Positions 22,615 through 33,869 of a stretch of DNA of 36,608 bases are shown one piece after another. The stretch comes from Neovahlkampfia damariscottae (Eukaryota): NCBI GenBank assembly GCA_016618085.1, contig JABLTG010000177.1:1-36608 (forward strand), written 5' to 3'. Numbering within the stretch: the stretch's first letter is position 1; each line of letters begins with the position of its first letter. A program made the translations under genes and the position numbers. The notes beneath the pieces are model-generated. The model saw only the letters and a program-made list of their open reading frames with translations. It did not search any database and was not told where the DNA came from.

Positions 22615-23672
22615 TTATTTATTTTTATTGATAACTTTCATTGCATCTTCATATCCAATTTTGATCATTTTTTTGGTGTGACCAAACCCAATAAAATATC
22701 CTGGAAGCCTTATTAAAAATTTAGTTTTCATTGAATTCAATACCATTTTGATGGTTTAATGACTCTAACTTTTGCATGAGGAAATGAATGTTCAGCATTT
22801 TCAATATCTTTGACAAATATATTCGCAATTGTGGCGAAAATAGTTCTAAATAAAATAAAAGGAGTCGAAAGTAATCTATCAACCCATCCTAAAGAAATTT
22901 ACAATTTAAATTGAATTACCTGGTAGATTTGTATCTCCAATAGCTAATATTATATCAACTTCAGTTTCATCATAACCTAATTCTTCACATTTCTTCAAAG
23001 CAGATGAGACAGGAGTTAAATAAACAGCTCCTCCGTCTAGATAAAAATTTAGAAAAAGTAAAGTTACCAACATAATCTTTTCCATTGATTTTTACAAGAG
23101 GAAATACTCCTGGTATGGCAGATGATGCTAAAACTGCTCTTCCAATATCTTTTGATGTTTCATTCCAAATCTCAAAATTTCCAGTATCCAAACATGTTGC
23201 TCCAACTTTTAAATGTCTTTTTTTTTTTTAAAATAAGTTTTTGTTGATTTTACCTTCCACTTTCTCTCAATGCTGAAATGTTCAAATTTTTTTTAATAAA
23301 GTTATCAAGTGGTGTTGTATCAAAAAGACCTGATTTAAAAAGAAATCCTTGGACTACTGAACCAGGAACCCAATGAGATGCTACTTTTGAAAAGGACATT
23401 TCCATCCAAGTTTTTGTCAAGAATTCTATTGCTTCTTTTTCTTTTCCAATTTTAAATTGAGCAAAAGCACCAGCATTTAAAGCACCAACTGAAATACCAG
23501 TGAGTACATTATATTGTGTTTTTTCTGGTGCTTGATGTTCAATTAATGCTTGTAATGCTCCAAGTTCATAAGCACCTCTATCACCTCCTCCACCTAAAGC
23601 CAAAGCTCTACATATTCTTTTATTTAAAACTACATGAAATACAATCAACAAAGTAAACAAAAAAAGTTTCAT
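22615..23672 (-). CDS. Secreted patatin-like phospholipase, four introns
   Basis: Signal peptide, GGGGDRGAY, GISVG nucleophile, ASSAIPGVF, and DGG formed across an intron. Confidence 0.9.
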
Positions 23673-23741
23673 TTTATTTCTTCAAAACCCTTCTCAATCA
23701 AAAAGGAGTTTTATTGGTTGATAAGAAGTGAAAAATAAAAT

Positions 23742-24683
23742 TTAAAATTTATTAATTTTTTTTACAATTTTTTCTTTATGTTTTTGTTTCTTTTCTTTGT
23801 GTTCTTTATCTTTATGTGTCAATGAATCATAATATCTGAGATGATCATATCCAAATCTTGAATCTGTAGGTGCTAATTTATGTGGTTGATTCAAACCATA
23901 CAAATATGATTGTTCATAATGTTGTTTATTTGAAATATTCTCTGGATTTACATTTATATTTTGATCAAAGAAGAATTCTTTTGAATAATATTTATCTCTT
24001 CTTTCTTCATCTTTTTTTCTTTGTTCAATTTCTTCTGGTGTTTCTTGTTTTTCAATTTTATTATTTGTTTCATGAGTTTTTGGTCTTTGTGGTCCAACAG
24101 GTCCAATTTGTATATTTTCTTCTTCTTTTATTCTTTTATAATTTAATTCATCTTCCATTTCTCTTTTTCTTTTTTTTTCTTCTTTTTTTCTTCTCTTTTC
24201 TTCTTTTCTTAATTTTTTTTCTTCTTTTTTTATTCTTTTTTCTTCAAGTTCTTTTTCTGTTGGTATTTCTCCTTCAAGTTGTCGAAGTAAATGAGGTTTT
24301 TCAATAATTGGTATTTCTTCTTCACCATTTGTTTTTACTTTTCTAAAATATCCTAATTTATGATCAACTGAAATTATTCTATCTCCTAATTGTATTCCAT
24401 TGAAATTATCAACAGCTAAATTAGTAGAACGTTGATCTTCATATGCTAAATAACAAAATCCTTTTGGTGCACCTGTTTCTTCATCTCTAACTAAATTTAT
24501 ATCAACAACTTCACCGTACTGAGAAAAAACTCGAACTAAGTCACCTTCATTCAAGTCATAATCAATACCACCAATATAAATGTATGCACTCTCTTTATAT
24601 TTATCATGCCATGATGCTGTAGTTGTTAATCCTAAAGTCAATTCTTTTTCATTTCTTTCGTTAATCTCTCTTATCAAATTCAT
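23742..24683 (-). CDS. RBMX2: RES-complex RRM protein RBMX2/Snu17
   Basis: SWHDKYKESAYIYIGG...EGDL...FSQYGE...LAYEDQRSTNLAVDNFNGI, followed by a K/E-rich tail. Confidence 0.95.
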   Translation of the reverse strand: MNLIREINERNEKELTLGLTTTASWHDKYKESAYIYIGGIDYDLNEGDLVRVFSQYGEVVDINLVRDEETGAPKGFCYLAYEDQRSTNLAVDNFNGIQLGDRIISVDHKLGYFRKVKTNGEEEIPIIEKPHLLRQLEGEIPTEKELEEKRIKKEEKKLRKEEKRRKKEEKKRKREMEDELNYKRIKEEENIQIGPVGPQRPKTHETNNKIEKQETPEEIEQRKKDEERRDKYYSKEFFFDQNINVNPENISNKQHYEQSYLYGLNQPHKLAPTDSRFGYDHLRYYDSLTHKDKEHKEKKQKHKEKIVKKINKF

Positions 24684-24741
24684 TGAGGTTACGAAATTTT
24701 TTATTGGACAAAAAAAATATTTTTTATTTTTTTTTTTTTTT

Positions 24742-25444
24742 TTAAAAGAATCTTTTAATTTCCCATTTTGAAATATCTCCTTTTGCATTAAATACAATAA
24801 AATGATATGCTCTATAATGAGTGATAAATCCATTCTTTTTTGAAATGGATGAAAAACAAGTCCATCCTTCAACTTCAATATCATCATCAAACCAATTTGC
24901 AGAAACTTTTGGTGCTGTATAAATTGGACTAAAAGGATTAAACATTGAAAATCCATTTCCACCTGTTGTTAAAAAATAAAAAATTATTTACCATCACAAA
25001 ATCCACTACTTGATGTTAATTGATCATGACTGAGTAAATATTGATGACAAAATGCTTTGGCAAATGCTTTTTTTTTATGAATAGGCATAGTTTTCCATCC
25101 AAGTGATCTCAAAACAGTTCCTGCTGCTTTTTTCATTTCATCACCATGAAATTCTCTATTTTTGAAAGTCATATATTCAGGTTGAAGATGAGTATTTTTA
25201 ACTACTGTTCCAGTTGATGTCAATCCTTCAAATTCGATTTGTTTTTCAGCATAAAATTGGTAAACAGCATTTTTCATCCTGTTAATAATTTAGAATTAAA
25301 AAATCAATTAAACATTCTATAAATAACAAGTCCAAAACACAAATACCAGACTGTTGTGTAATGTTCTGGAAAAACAAACATTCCACCAAAAAGGAATGAA
25401 ATGCAAATTGAAAAATAAAACCAACTACGTGAAGTCCAATACAT
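24742..25444 (-). CDS. Hypothetical membrane protein, two introns
   Basis: Exons MYWTSRSWFYF...VIYRM / MKNAVYQF...GFCD / GGNGFSMFNPF...IKRFF join in frame through short GT-AG introns. Confidence 0.65.
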
Positions 25445-25757
25445 AAACTAAAATATTTAAAATTATATATTTTTTACTCTTTAAAAGTTAGTTTGTTTTT
25501 TTTCTCTAACCTGATCAACCAAACTGTGTAAAGAAAATTTACAAAGTTAAATGATAAAAAATCAACATTGAAAAATGATTTCACTGTGTCAGTGTAAATA
25601 TAACTTGATAATGATTTGAAGTGACCTAACAGTTTTTCCATTTTCTGATTTTTTTAATGGGAATAATAAATGAGTTTGATTCGACGGTTTTTCTGACCAA
25701 TAAGAAAAAATAAAAAAATAAATATAAAAAAAATTAATCAACAAATATATTTTTATT

Positions 25758-26467
25758 TTACAAATTGTCATTATCATCATCAAGATCAAAATCATCTAAA
25801 TCACCAGATTGAATAGAAACATCACTTAATTTATCATCATCATCCTCTTTGTCGTCTTGACCTTTATCAAAAATATCTGTGTCACTTGCAAATTTTTTAA
25901 CATATTCAATTATTTTTTGTTTATATTTTTCAGGTTCTTTAAGCATTAAAGAAGCAGCGTCTCCATTCAATGGATCAGTAGGATTTGCGTAAGTTAATAA
26001 TTGAGGTAAAAATACATCAAAAATATTGATCAAGTCTACAAGAAATATTTGTTAAAAAAACAAAAAACCAAACCAAAAAGTGGAGACCAAGTTTGATTAA
26101 TTACATCAAGACAAACAGAACCTGATGACTCATCAACATTTGGATGAAATATTGTATTTAAAAAACCAATGGATGGACTTTTATAAGGATAACCTTCAGG
26201 AATAACAACTCTTTTTGTAACAAAGTTTAACAGTATATTTTCTATTTACCTAACTTTCCAAATACCACCTTCATAAGGAGTATCTTTTGGTCCATGAAAT
26301 TTAACAGAAAATTCGTTTGTATTGTCTTCATCTTGAAGTTGAATTTCGTAATCACTCATCATAAGTTTCATAACATCCATTTCTCTTCTTTTTGTAGGAC
26401 TTCCTATGAATTTTCCTGGACTATTACACATTGGACTTGAATTTGAATTTGGTATATTTCTGCTCAT
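25758..26467 (-). CDS. UBE2H: Ubiquitin-conjugating enzyme E2 H (Ubc8), two introns
   Basis: [63 protein letters not shown] and an acidic tail. Confidence 0.95.
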
Positions 26468-26543
26468 GATGTTTATTCAGTCTGATTGTACAACCAATAA
26501 GAATTCAATTACTTTGACCAATCATTTTATTGTTTGCTTCACA
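26468..26543. promoter_or_regulatory. 76-bp bidirectional promoter with two CCAAT boxes
   Basis: Divergent ATGs at 26467 and 26544; CCAAT at about 26494 and 26518. Confidence 0.6.
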
Positions 26544-27916
26544 ATGGAAACACTTCAAAAATTTTATAATGAACTTGACGAAGATACAATTGTAAAATCT
26601 GTCCTAGGAACAGTTGCAGTAGGTACAGGTTTATGGTTATTAGAAGATTGGTATAGAGAAAGACAAAAAAATCAACCTTTGAAAGATAAAGTTAATTCAC
26701 TTTGGAATACAGATCCAAAAGAAGTATCAGTTGGTATTAAATATATTGCAGATAAATCAACTACAGCTGAAGAAAAAGAAACTTTTGTTGAAAATGGTAA
26801 ACTTTTGAAACACGATTCATATTTTTCAAAAAGGTGCTTTACAAGGATTTATTCATATTTTAAAAAAATCAGATTTTGTTGACTCAAAAGAAACATCTAA
26901 AATATTTGATGTTGTTCAATCTTTAATCTCTTCAAATCCAAATTCAAGATATGTTTTTGCTAATAATGGTGGTATTTCAATTTTATTGGATTATCTCTTT
27001 AAAAATGAAAATACATTTCAAAGAAAAGTTATTGTTACACTTTTAAAAGCAACTGAATTTGGTAAACAAAGTTGGTTCATTTTTAATATTTTTTTTAGAC
27101 CATTCAGCACAAATATTGTCTACAGATGTACCTTTTGGAAGTGAAGCTTGTTATAAACTTTTATCAGAATCAGATGAACGTTTTAATCAATTTTTATCAT
27201 ATTTGAATTCAAGAGATGCAGAAGTCAGTTCAGGTAAATCCCTTTTCAAAAAAATACTAAAAAAAACATCAAAATTAGCTGTAATTGGTATTTTAGCAAA
27301 TTGTTCAAATTATTCATATTTCGCAAAAAGATTAAGTCAATTACCTGAAGAAGATACCACTATTGAATTTTTAATCAAAAAATTAAGTGGAAGTTCACAA
27401 AAAACTAAATTTGATTCGTTGAAAACTTTAACAAATATTGCAAATCAAAATTTTGATAAACATGCAGAATTATTGATGGCTACATCTAATTTGACACCTG
27501 ATAATATCTTAGATTTATATCATAAAGATAAAACAGCACCTGAATATGTTTTAGATTTATTTTATTTAATGTTTGAATATTTAAAAAGAGAATCAAAAGA
27601 TGATGAAGATGAAATTGAAACTGCAAATAAAATAGCATCAATGATGGTTGATAAAAACAAAGGTTTAAAAAAAACTCAAGATTTGTTCACTTTAATCGTT
27701 CAAGAAAAATATAAAAAAAAAGTTGAAGCTTTAATTACAATTTTAACTTCAAATGATTTTTTAACAGAAGATTTAAAAAAAACATTTGAAAGAATTTCAG
27801 GAGAATCAAAAGAAAAAGCAATGTCTCAAATAAGAAAAAAAAAAGAAGATGCGGAAAAAAAAGAAAAAGAAAGAGAAATGATGATGATGCAAATGATGGG
27901 ATTAGGTGGAATGTAA
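26544..27916 (+). CDS. ARM/HEAT-like helical repeat protein with an N-terminal hydrophobic anchor, 2-3 introns
   Basis: Spliced segments ETFVENGAL, YVFANNGGISILLDYL, LANCS and LKTLTNIA resemble ARM repeats. Confidence 0.6.
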
Positions 27917-27967
27917 AATTTTACCAAAATAAACAACTTGATATTTTTATCCAATCTATTTTATTAA

Positions 27968-28399
27968 TTAGCATTTATGACATTCTTTCATTGAGATATA
28001 AGTTGATATTAATATTAAAATTCCACCTAAAGATGTAATATAATGTCCATAACAACAATTACAAATTCCAATTAATTCTTTAAAAATTTGAGGTGCAATG
28101 ACTTGTAATCCTAATATTATAACTCCTGGAATAAAAGTGAAAGCAACTTTTAAATTATGTTTTGCGTTTAAATATTGTGATGTAATAATTATTGGAAGAG
28201 AAATAAATACAAAATTTCGGTGTAATGAGTTCATTTCTTCTTTTGAAGTTATTCCAATTATTGAGGTCAGTAGAATTGTTGAATGTAATAGAAAACAACT
28301 TATCATACAGAATAAAGTAGAAAGTATGGTCAACTTTTCAAGAAATTCAAATTTTTCAAAATTCTTCTTCACCAACTGAAAAGTATCAGAAAGAAACAT
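27968..28399 (-). CDS. MerC-like four-TM protein
   Basis: STLFCMISCFLL (C-x3-C in TM1), E...LH...LP...KH, GGILIL and a Cys/His-rich end. Confidence 0.5.
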   Translation of the reverse strand: MFLSDTFQLVKKNFEKFEFLEKLTILSTLFCMISCFLLHSTILLTSIIGITSKEEMNSLHRNFVFISLPIIITSQYLNAKHNLKVAFTFIPGVIILGLQVIAPQIFKELIGICNCCYGHYITSLGGILILISTYISMKECHKC

Positions 28400-28824
28400 A
28401 TTTTTGATTGGAGCAAAATGTTTACCTAAATTTTTGATTATTCATTTAGAAGAAGAATTAAAAGTAGAAATTATTTTAAAAGAAATTTCAGAAGAAGAAA
28501 TTTATTTTTTTGAATTTAAAGGTTTTTGTAAAGAAGACCAATTTCAAGATTTACTTTATATTAAAATAAACTACAATATCAATGGTTTTTTTGAAATGGT
28601 CAGACTGTTAGGGCGGAATAAAATTAATGGATTAGAATATACAACAAAATTTATTTTGTTCCTTTACATCTAAAATTTTTGAAGACTTGTATAATATTTT
28701 AAAAACTGAAAATGGATATTTAGTTAACATTTTTCAAGTATTGAAATGAATTCGTGACTTTAGAAAGAATTAAACTTTGAAAAGACTGTATAGCTTTTAG
28801 AAACATTCACGATAATTATATAAT

Positions 28825-29240
28825 TCATACCTTTCTCATTGACTTCTTCATTGGTCTTGAAAGAGCTTTCAAACTTTTAAAATCAGTAAGATCAAAATAA
28901 TATAAGATGAATACAGCATCTTTAGCAACATCTTTGAAGAATATTGGATCACCTTTCACGAAATTAAAAAAAACGAAAAACGAAATACTATTTTCCGTCC
29001 AACCTTGACAATCATAAAAATGAATATGATAATCATAACTATGATATTGAAACTTTACGTTTTCAAATCCAAATCCAAGAGTCTTCAAAAATGAGATCAG
29101 ATTGAGAATACTTGAATTATTTGATCGTTTTGTTCTTCTTTTGGCTTTAACTTTTCAATGAGCGTAGTTTTACCAACATTTACTGCTCCAAAAACTCCAA
29201 CCTTGAATTGAACAATCGTCTTTGTCTTTTTGTCTTCCAT
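28825..29240 (-). CDS. Divergent Ras-superfamily small GTPase, 3' part unresolved (possible pseudogene)
   Basis: KVGVFGAVNVGKTTL (G1), TLG (G2), YDCQG (G3) and YFDLTDFKS. Introns at 29083-29111 and about 28953-28988. No clear NKxD exon found. Confidence 0.6.
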
Positions 29241-29505
29241 TTTTGCCAGAAATTTGATGCACCAATAAAAAGTTGGCATTTTAAACCAATCAAAATCAGA
29301 ATTCAAACCTCACCTAAAACTATTCTTCACGTTAATTGAACAAATAATTATATTTTCGTTTATTTCAAATGAATAGAGAAAGAATAAATTTAGTTATTTG
29401 GTGCAAATTAAAATACATTTATTTGTTTCTTTTCAATATTGGGTAAAGATAAATGAATTGTTTTGTCTAAAATCGATAAAATATTGAAATTAAAAATTGA
29501 TTTAT

Positions 29506-30447
29506 TTATAAATATACAGATATTGGATTTCCTTTAGGTGATGAAGTTTGATTGAATGAATCTTTGACTTCAAATTTTGATGTTCCAAATAATTCTCCAA
29601 ATTTATCTTTGACATTCAACATTTCACCTAGAATAGCTCTTTCAACTATTAAAACTTCTCCATCTTTTATCATTCCTTCTTTTTCTAATTCTTTTAACGT
29701 TTTACTTGCTTTCAATGGATTTCCAGTTGAGAATTTGAATATATTCAATCTTGAAGGGTCTTCTATGGATGTGATTTTACTTTTAATCTTTCCTTTTTGA
29801 GCAATTAAATCTATAACTTTTCCAATGGAACGACTTTTTGAAAAAAACCAATGAACAGGTTGTAACTGTGATTCTTTTGGAAAGAATATTTTAAAATATA
29901 ATCTATCTTCTTCTTCAATATTTTGATTTCCAAATGAGAAATCAATTGTATTGCTAAATGATAGAGCTTCATTTTTTTTTCTTTTTTTTGGGTCTTGTTT
30001 GATTTCGTAAGTCCTTTTAAAACCAAATTCTTCTCTTATTTTTTTTCCTTTGACTTCACTTTCAATGGCTTTTCTCAATTGAAAGTCTTTTATTTTGGTG
30101 ATATCAAAAACTCTTGAAGTTGAATTGTTTGTATTTTTTTTTTCTTTGCATTCGTGGTTTTCTGTGAGTCGATGATTTGAGCAGAATGAGTGAGTACATT
30201 GTTTACAAGTTGTTACAGTGAATTCTTGGCATCTTTTGTGGTGACAAGTGTTGAATTTTGTTGTGTTGATACTTGTTGGGTGTTTTTCCTTTTGATTTTG
30301 AACTTTTGATGTGTAATTTTTACATTCATGGTGATTAGCATATCTATGTTCAGAACAAAAGGAATGTTTGCAAAATTCGCAGTGGAAAGGAAGAAAATCT
30401 TGTTGTCTGCAATAATGACAATGTTTTCCTAAGTCAAAAAATTCCAT
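29506..30447 (-). CDS. ZFAND1: AN1-type zinc finger protein with a C-terminal ubiquitin-like domain (ZFAND1/Cuz1)
   Basis: GKHC...CRQQDFLPFHCEFC...FCSEHR...HEC, a second AN1 finger, then EEDRLYF...SIGKVID. Confidence 0.85.
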   Translation of the reverse strand: MEFFDLGKHCHYCRQQDFLPFHCEFCKHSFCSEHRYANHHECKNYTSKVQNQKEKHPTSINTTKFNTCHHKRCQEFTVTTCKQCTHSFCSNHRLTENHECKEKKNTNNSTSRVFDITKIKDFQLRKAIESEVKGKKIREEFGFKRTYEIKQDPKKRKKNEALSFSNTIDFSFGNQNIEEEDRLYFKIFFPKESQLQPVHWFFSKSRSIGKVIDLIAQKGKIKSKITSIEDPSRLNIFKFSTGNPLKASKTLKELEKEGMIKDGEVLIVERAILGEMLNVKDKFGELFGTSKFEVKDSFNQTSSPKGNPISVYL

Positions 30448-30846
30448 TTTTTTGTTTTGTGTGATAATGTCGGAAAAGAAAACTACATCAATTTATATGT
30501 CTGAAAATCATCTAAATTTAGCTTAGCGGAAATTCGGAATTGCAACTGATTGGTGGAATTGACAACAAAAATAAAACGTGCTTTATTGGAGCGTCAACTT
30601 TTGAATTCAGAAGTTTTGAATCATCAAATTTTCAGATTCCAAAAAGCAAACTCTGTTGCAGTGTTATTCATCATCTCTTGATTTTTAAGTTGAATAATTT
30701 TGTTCGTCAAATTTTGAATTCAAAGTTTTCTTCTTATTTATTCACATGTCCGGATTTGGAGCAGCAAAAAACAAGGGTTAAATGTTTGACAAATTCAGCT
30801 ATTTTTTTTCAGCCAATCGGAAGTTAACTTTCTTTTTTTTTACTGT

Positions 30847-31611
30847 ATGGATCCGACAACAAAAGAAGTTTTGGAAATTGTCATACCAACTATATGTGTT
30901 GCTTTGTTAATACTGTATCATGTATATCTATTATTCATGTTCACTTTTGCAAAAAAAGTAGTAAACATTGGTTATCAAACAAAAACACGTGAACAATATG
31001 TATATTGGTAAAAAATTTGAAAACTAAAACTTTAGGGTCATGTTCACGCCAAAAGCTGAAATTTTTGCAATCCAAACATTTAGAAATGCAATAATGGCTG
31101 CTTCATTTTTGGGATCTTTGTCAACAGGATTAGCCTTTTATATTCTAAGTAGAGCCACTAACTCAATTTTCATTTATCAAAGAGTACAGTTGTATAGTTT
31201 GAGCGCAATATTTTTCACTAGTTTTCTTTGCTTCGCTTTATTTGTTCGTTACGTGTTACATTCTATGTTTATACTTGCCGCTAAAGATACTTCAGCTGTT
31301 CAAATTGCATTAGGAAGAGAAAAAAAGAAAGATGATGACGAGATAATAGACATTGAAGTTCCAGAGATCGGAAAATTAGACCCATTAAGAATTAAAAATA
31401 GACACAGAGCAATGAGAAATATGAAGTTGTTGACAATTTATTTTTCATTAGGTATAAGATTCAATTATTTAGGTAAGAGTTATAATCCAGAACTAATCAC
31501 TTTTTTTTTACAGGTGTCCCATTTGCTTTATGGATTTCATTAGGAATTTGGGGTATGTTAGGTGGAACCTTTTTCATAATTGCTGTTCTATTGTTTCATG
31601 ACCATATTTAA
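30847..31611 (+). CDS. DUF599-family membrane protein, two introns (31008-31035 and about 31473-31513)
   Basis: LYHVYL, AIQTFRNAIMAASFL, FSLGIRFNYLGVPFALW. Confidence 0.8.
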
Positions 31612-31797
31612 ATTCATTCTTGGAATTCATCACACAAATGAACCATCATGATGTTTGTAGCACACATGCATTGGGATTGAAGAATCATCATGAAATTTTT
31701 GTGAATAAATATTATTTGAGGATTTTTAAATTTTTATTTGTTGAAATGAGAAAATAAAATTCAATTTTTCCATTTTTTTTCACTTCAATTTGATTGG

Positions 31798-33101
31798 ATG
31801 GTGGAGTCAAACCAAGTTGTTTTCGTTGTCGAAGATTCATCAAATTTAATACTCTCAAAAGATGTGTTGATAAATCAATACATTATACCTATAGCCAAGT
31901 AATACCTCTTCAAAACAACTAAAATGTTTGACAGTCATTTTCAAACAAAAGTACCAAAAAAAAAAAAAAATCTTAAAGGAATAGACAAAAAATAATGAAT
32001 TTGCATTGATATTTTATAAAGATTCACCTCCAAGTGGTAAATTCAAAAAGTATTTTTAATTTCAAATTAGACTACATTTCAACAGTTTATCCTTTTGTTT
32101 CTGATTTTTCAAAAATTAAATCCATTTTAGAAAATAAAGAATTCTATGGAAATACTCATAATTTATGCGAAGGACTTGCAACAACTCTTCAAGTAAATTT
32201 AAAGTTACCAACTAAAAACCAAGGACATTGAATGGAATGACCAAAGAAACAAATTTTGTATTATAATATGCACTAATTTTAGTCTTGAATCAGAAACAAT
32301 TCAACCTGGATATTTAAAGAACAAAAAAATCTCTGAAGTTTTAGTTCAATTTCCATTGGTTCGAAAAAAAAAAAACGAAACTAATAATTTTATAAGAACA
32401 ACATTTTATTATCATTAATTATATCAACACATCATAAAATTACAAAATTCGAAAAAATAATTGAAAGTTCAAATGTTCAAAATGTGCAAATTAATAAAAT
32501 CACTAACGACAATATAACATGTTGGTTAAGAGGTAAATAACAAAAAGAAGGATTTTATTCATTTTATAGGAATTTCATTATCAAATTTGACTGATTCTAA
32601 ACAAATTGAAAAATCAAAAACGAAATTACCAATATGTTCAATTGATTTATTTTATGGAAATAATTTCATTTCAAAAACCAAAATATTTCAATTTAATAAT
32701 GGTGTTATTAATTCAACAATGTAATACTACTACTATACTTTTAATCACATTTTTAGTCAATCAAATTTCCCAAATATGATTTCTATCACAAACAATTCAT
32801 GTGTTAAATTTGAATCTAGAAATTTTATGATTCAAAGAGATTTGATATTTTTATGGATAAATTCTTCTATAACTGATATTAATTCAAATCAATTTTATCA
32901 AAATGTGTTAAATGATATGATAAAAAAAGAATTAGTAATTTAATAATTTATTTATTTTTTTTAAAGGTGTCCATTCATCCAACAAAAGATTTTCAATTAA
33001 TTTTAATGCCTTATGTTCTTTTTTCAATTCATTATTTGAAGAAATCTCCAAATCCAAAACATTCAAATTATTTTATTAGTTATTTCAAAAGAGATTCATG
33101 A
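31798..33101 (+). CDS. MED25: Mediator subunit 25-like VWA-domain protein, eight introns
   Basis: Spliced MVESNQVVFVVEDSSNL...QYIIPIANHF...NEFALIFY...EFYG...LCEGLATTLQ...KFCIIICTN. Introns 31899-31934, 31951-31984, 32037-32070, 32193-32223, 32359-32396, 32533-32569, 32721-32756 and 32935-32966 give one continuous frame. Confidence 0.7.
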
Positions 33102-33178
33102 GTGTTCAAAAAAAAATAAATATTATTTTTTTTTGGGTTTATCCAATCAACTTTGTTTATAACAAGTTTTAAACTGGA

Positions 33179-33545
33179 ATGCAAGACGTGGAACTTTTAT
33201 CCTCAAAACTAATATTTACATCGTAATTTATTCCTATTTTCCACTAATTTTGACAGACAACAAGTTGAAAGAGTAATTCTAGAAATAATTTCAACTTTTG
33301 AAACGAACTATGTTGATAACTTTAATTCAAAAACAACAAGAGAGGTAATAAATCTATTCATAAAAGAACTAAAAAAACAAAACTTGAATGAATTCAAAAA
33401 ATCTGAAAATTCAACTTTCAGTGAAAAAGATGTGGTCAACATTTTCATCAAATTACTTTTTTTAATGAAAAAGAAAAGATATTTTGAACATTTAGAATTA
33501 AATAATTACATAAAAGAAATCATCACAAAACACAAAATTAGATGA
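33179..33545 (+). pseudogene. ORF of about 120 codons with a one-base frameshift near 33215
   Basis: CCAAT at 33143 and ATG at 33179 (MQDVELLSSKLI); the +1 frame then reads LHRNLFLF...KHKIR*. Confidence 0.4.
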
Positions 33546-33609
33546 TTTTCCCATAAAATTTTTTTCCAAAAAAATTCAATGAAGAAATGAAGAAACAAAA
33601 AAAAACTGA

Positions 33610-33686
33610 ATAGATGATGAACATTAAATACCTAGGCTGTAAGATTGATAAACAATGAAAAACAAAAAATAGGGACATCTGATTGA
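33610..33686 (+). ncRNA. C/D-box snoRNA with a snR64/SNORD74-type guide (copy 1)
   Basis: Box C ATGATGA 33614-33620 and box D CTGA 33679-33682. The preceding ATAGGGACAT is antisense to the conserved LSU rRNA sequence UGUCCCUAU. Confidence 0.85.
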
Positions 33687-33771
33687 AAATAATTTTTCCC
33701 GTCACAAAGACCCATAAGAATTTTTTTGAAAAAAAATCAAATTAGAAATTGATGAATGAACAGAATAAATG

Positions 33772-33856
33772 TTATATGATGATCATACATTCCATTAGAT
33801 AGTAAAAAATAAATCGATAAAATCAATATGAGAATTAAATAGGGACATCTGATTAA
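33772..33856 (+). ncRNA. C/D-box snoRNA with a snR64/SNORD74-type guide (copy 2)
   Basis: Box C ATGATGA 33776-33782, C' ATGAGA at about 33828, box D CTGA 33849-33852, same guide as copy 1. Confidence 0.85.
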
Positions 33857-33869
33857 ATAACAATTTTTT

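Noticed and set aside
23870..24307. Phe/Leu-rich plus-strand ORF
   Set aside because: Antisense shadow of the K/E-rich RBMX2 tail.
24684..24962. N-terminal extension of the 406-aa RBMX2 ORF
   Set aside because: It runs through the last exon of the upstream gene in another frame and a poly-A spacer; RBMX2 similarity starts at ATG 24683.
28404..28673. 89-aa plus-strand ORF
   Set aside because: TTG start inside the promoter of the MerC-like gene and no recognisable motif; a remnant cannot be excluded.
30540..30827. 95-aa ORF between ZFAND1 and DUF599
   Set aside because: Non-ATG start, spans promoter CCAAT boxes, no motif.
33667..33854. 18-bp direct repeat as a CRISPR array or target-site duplication
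   Set aside because: Only two copies 170 bp apart, fully explained as snoRNA guide plus box D.
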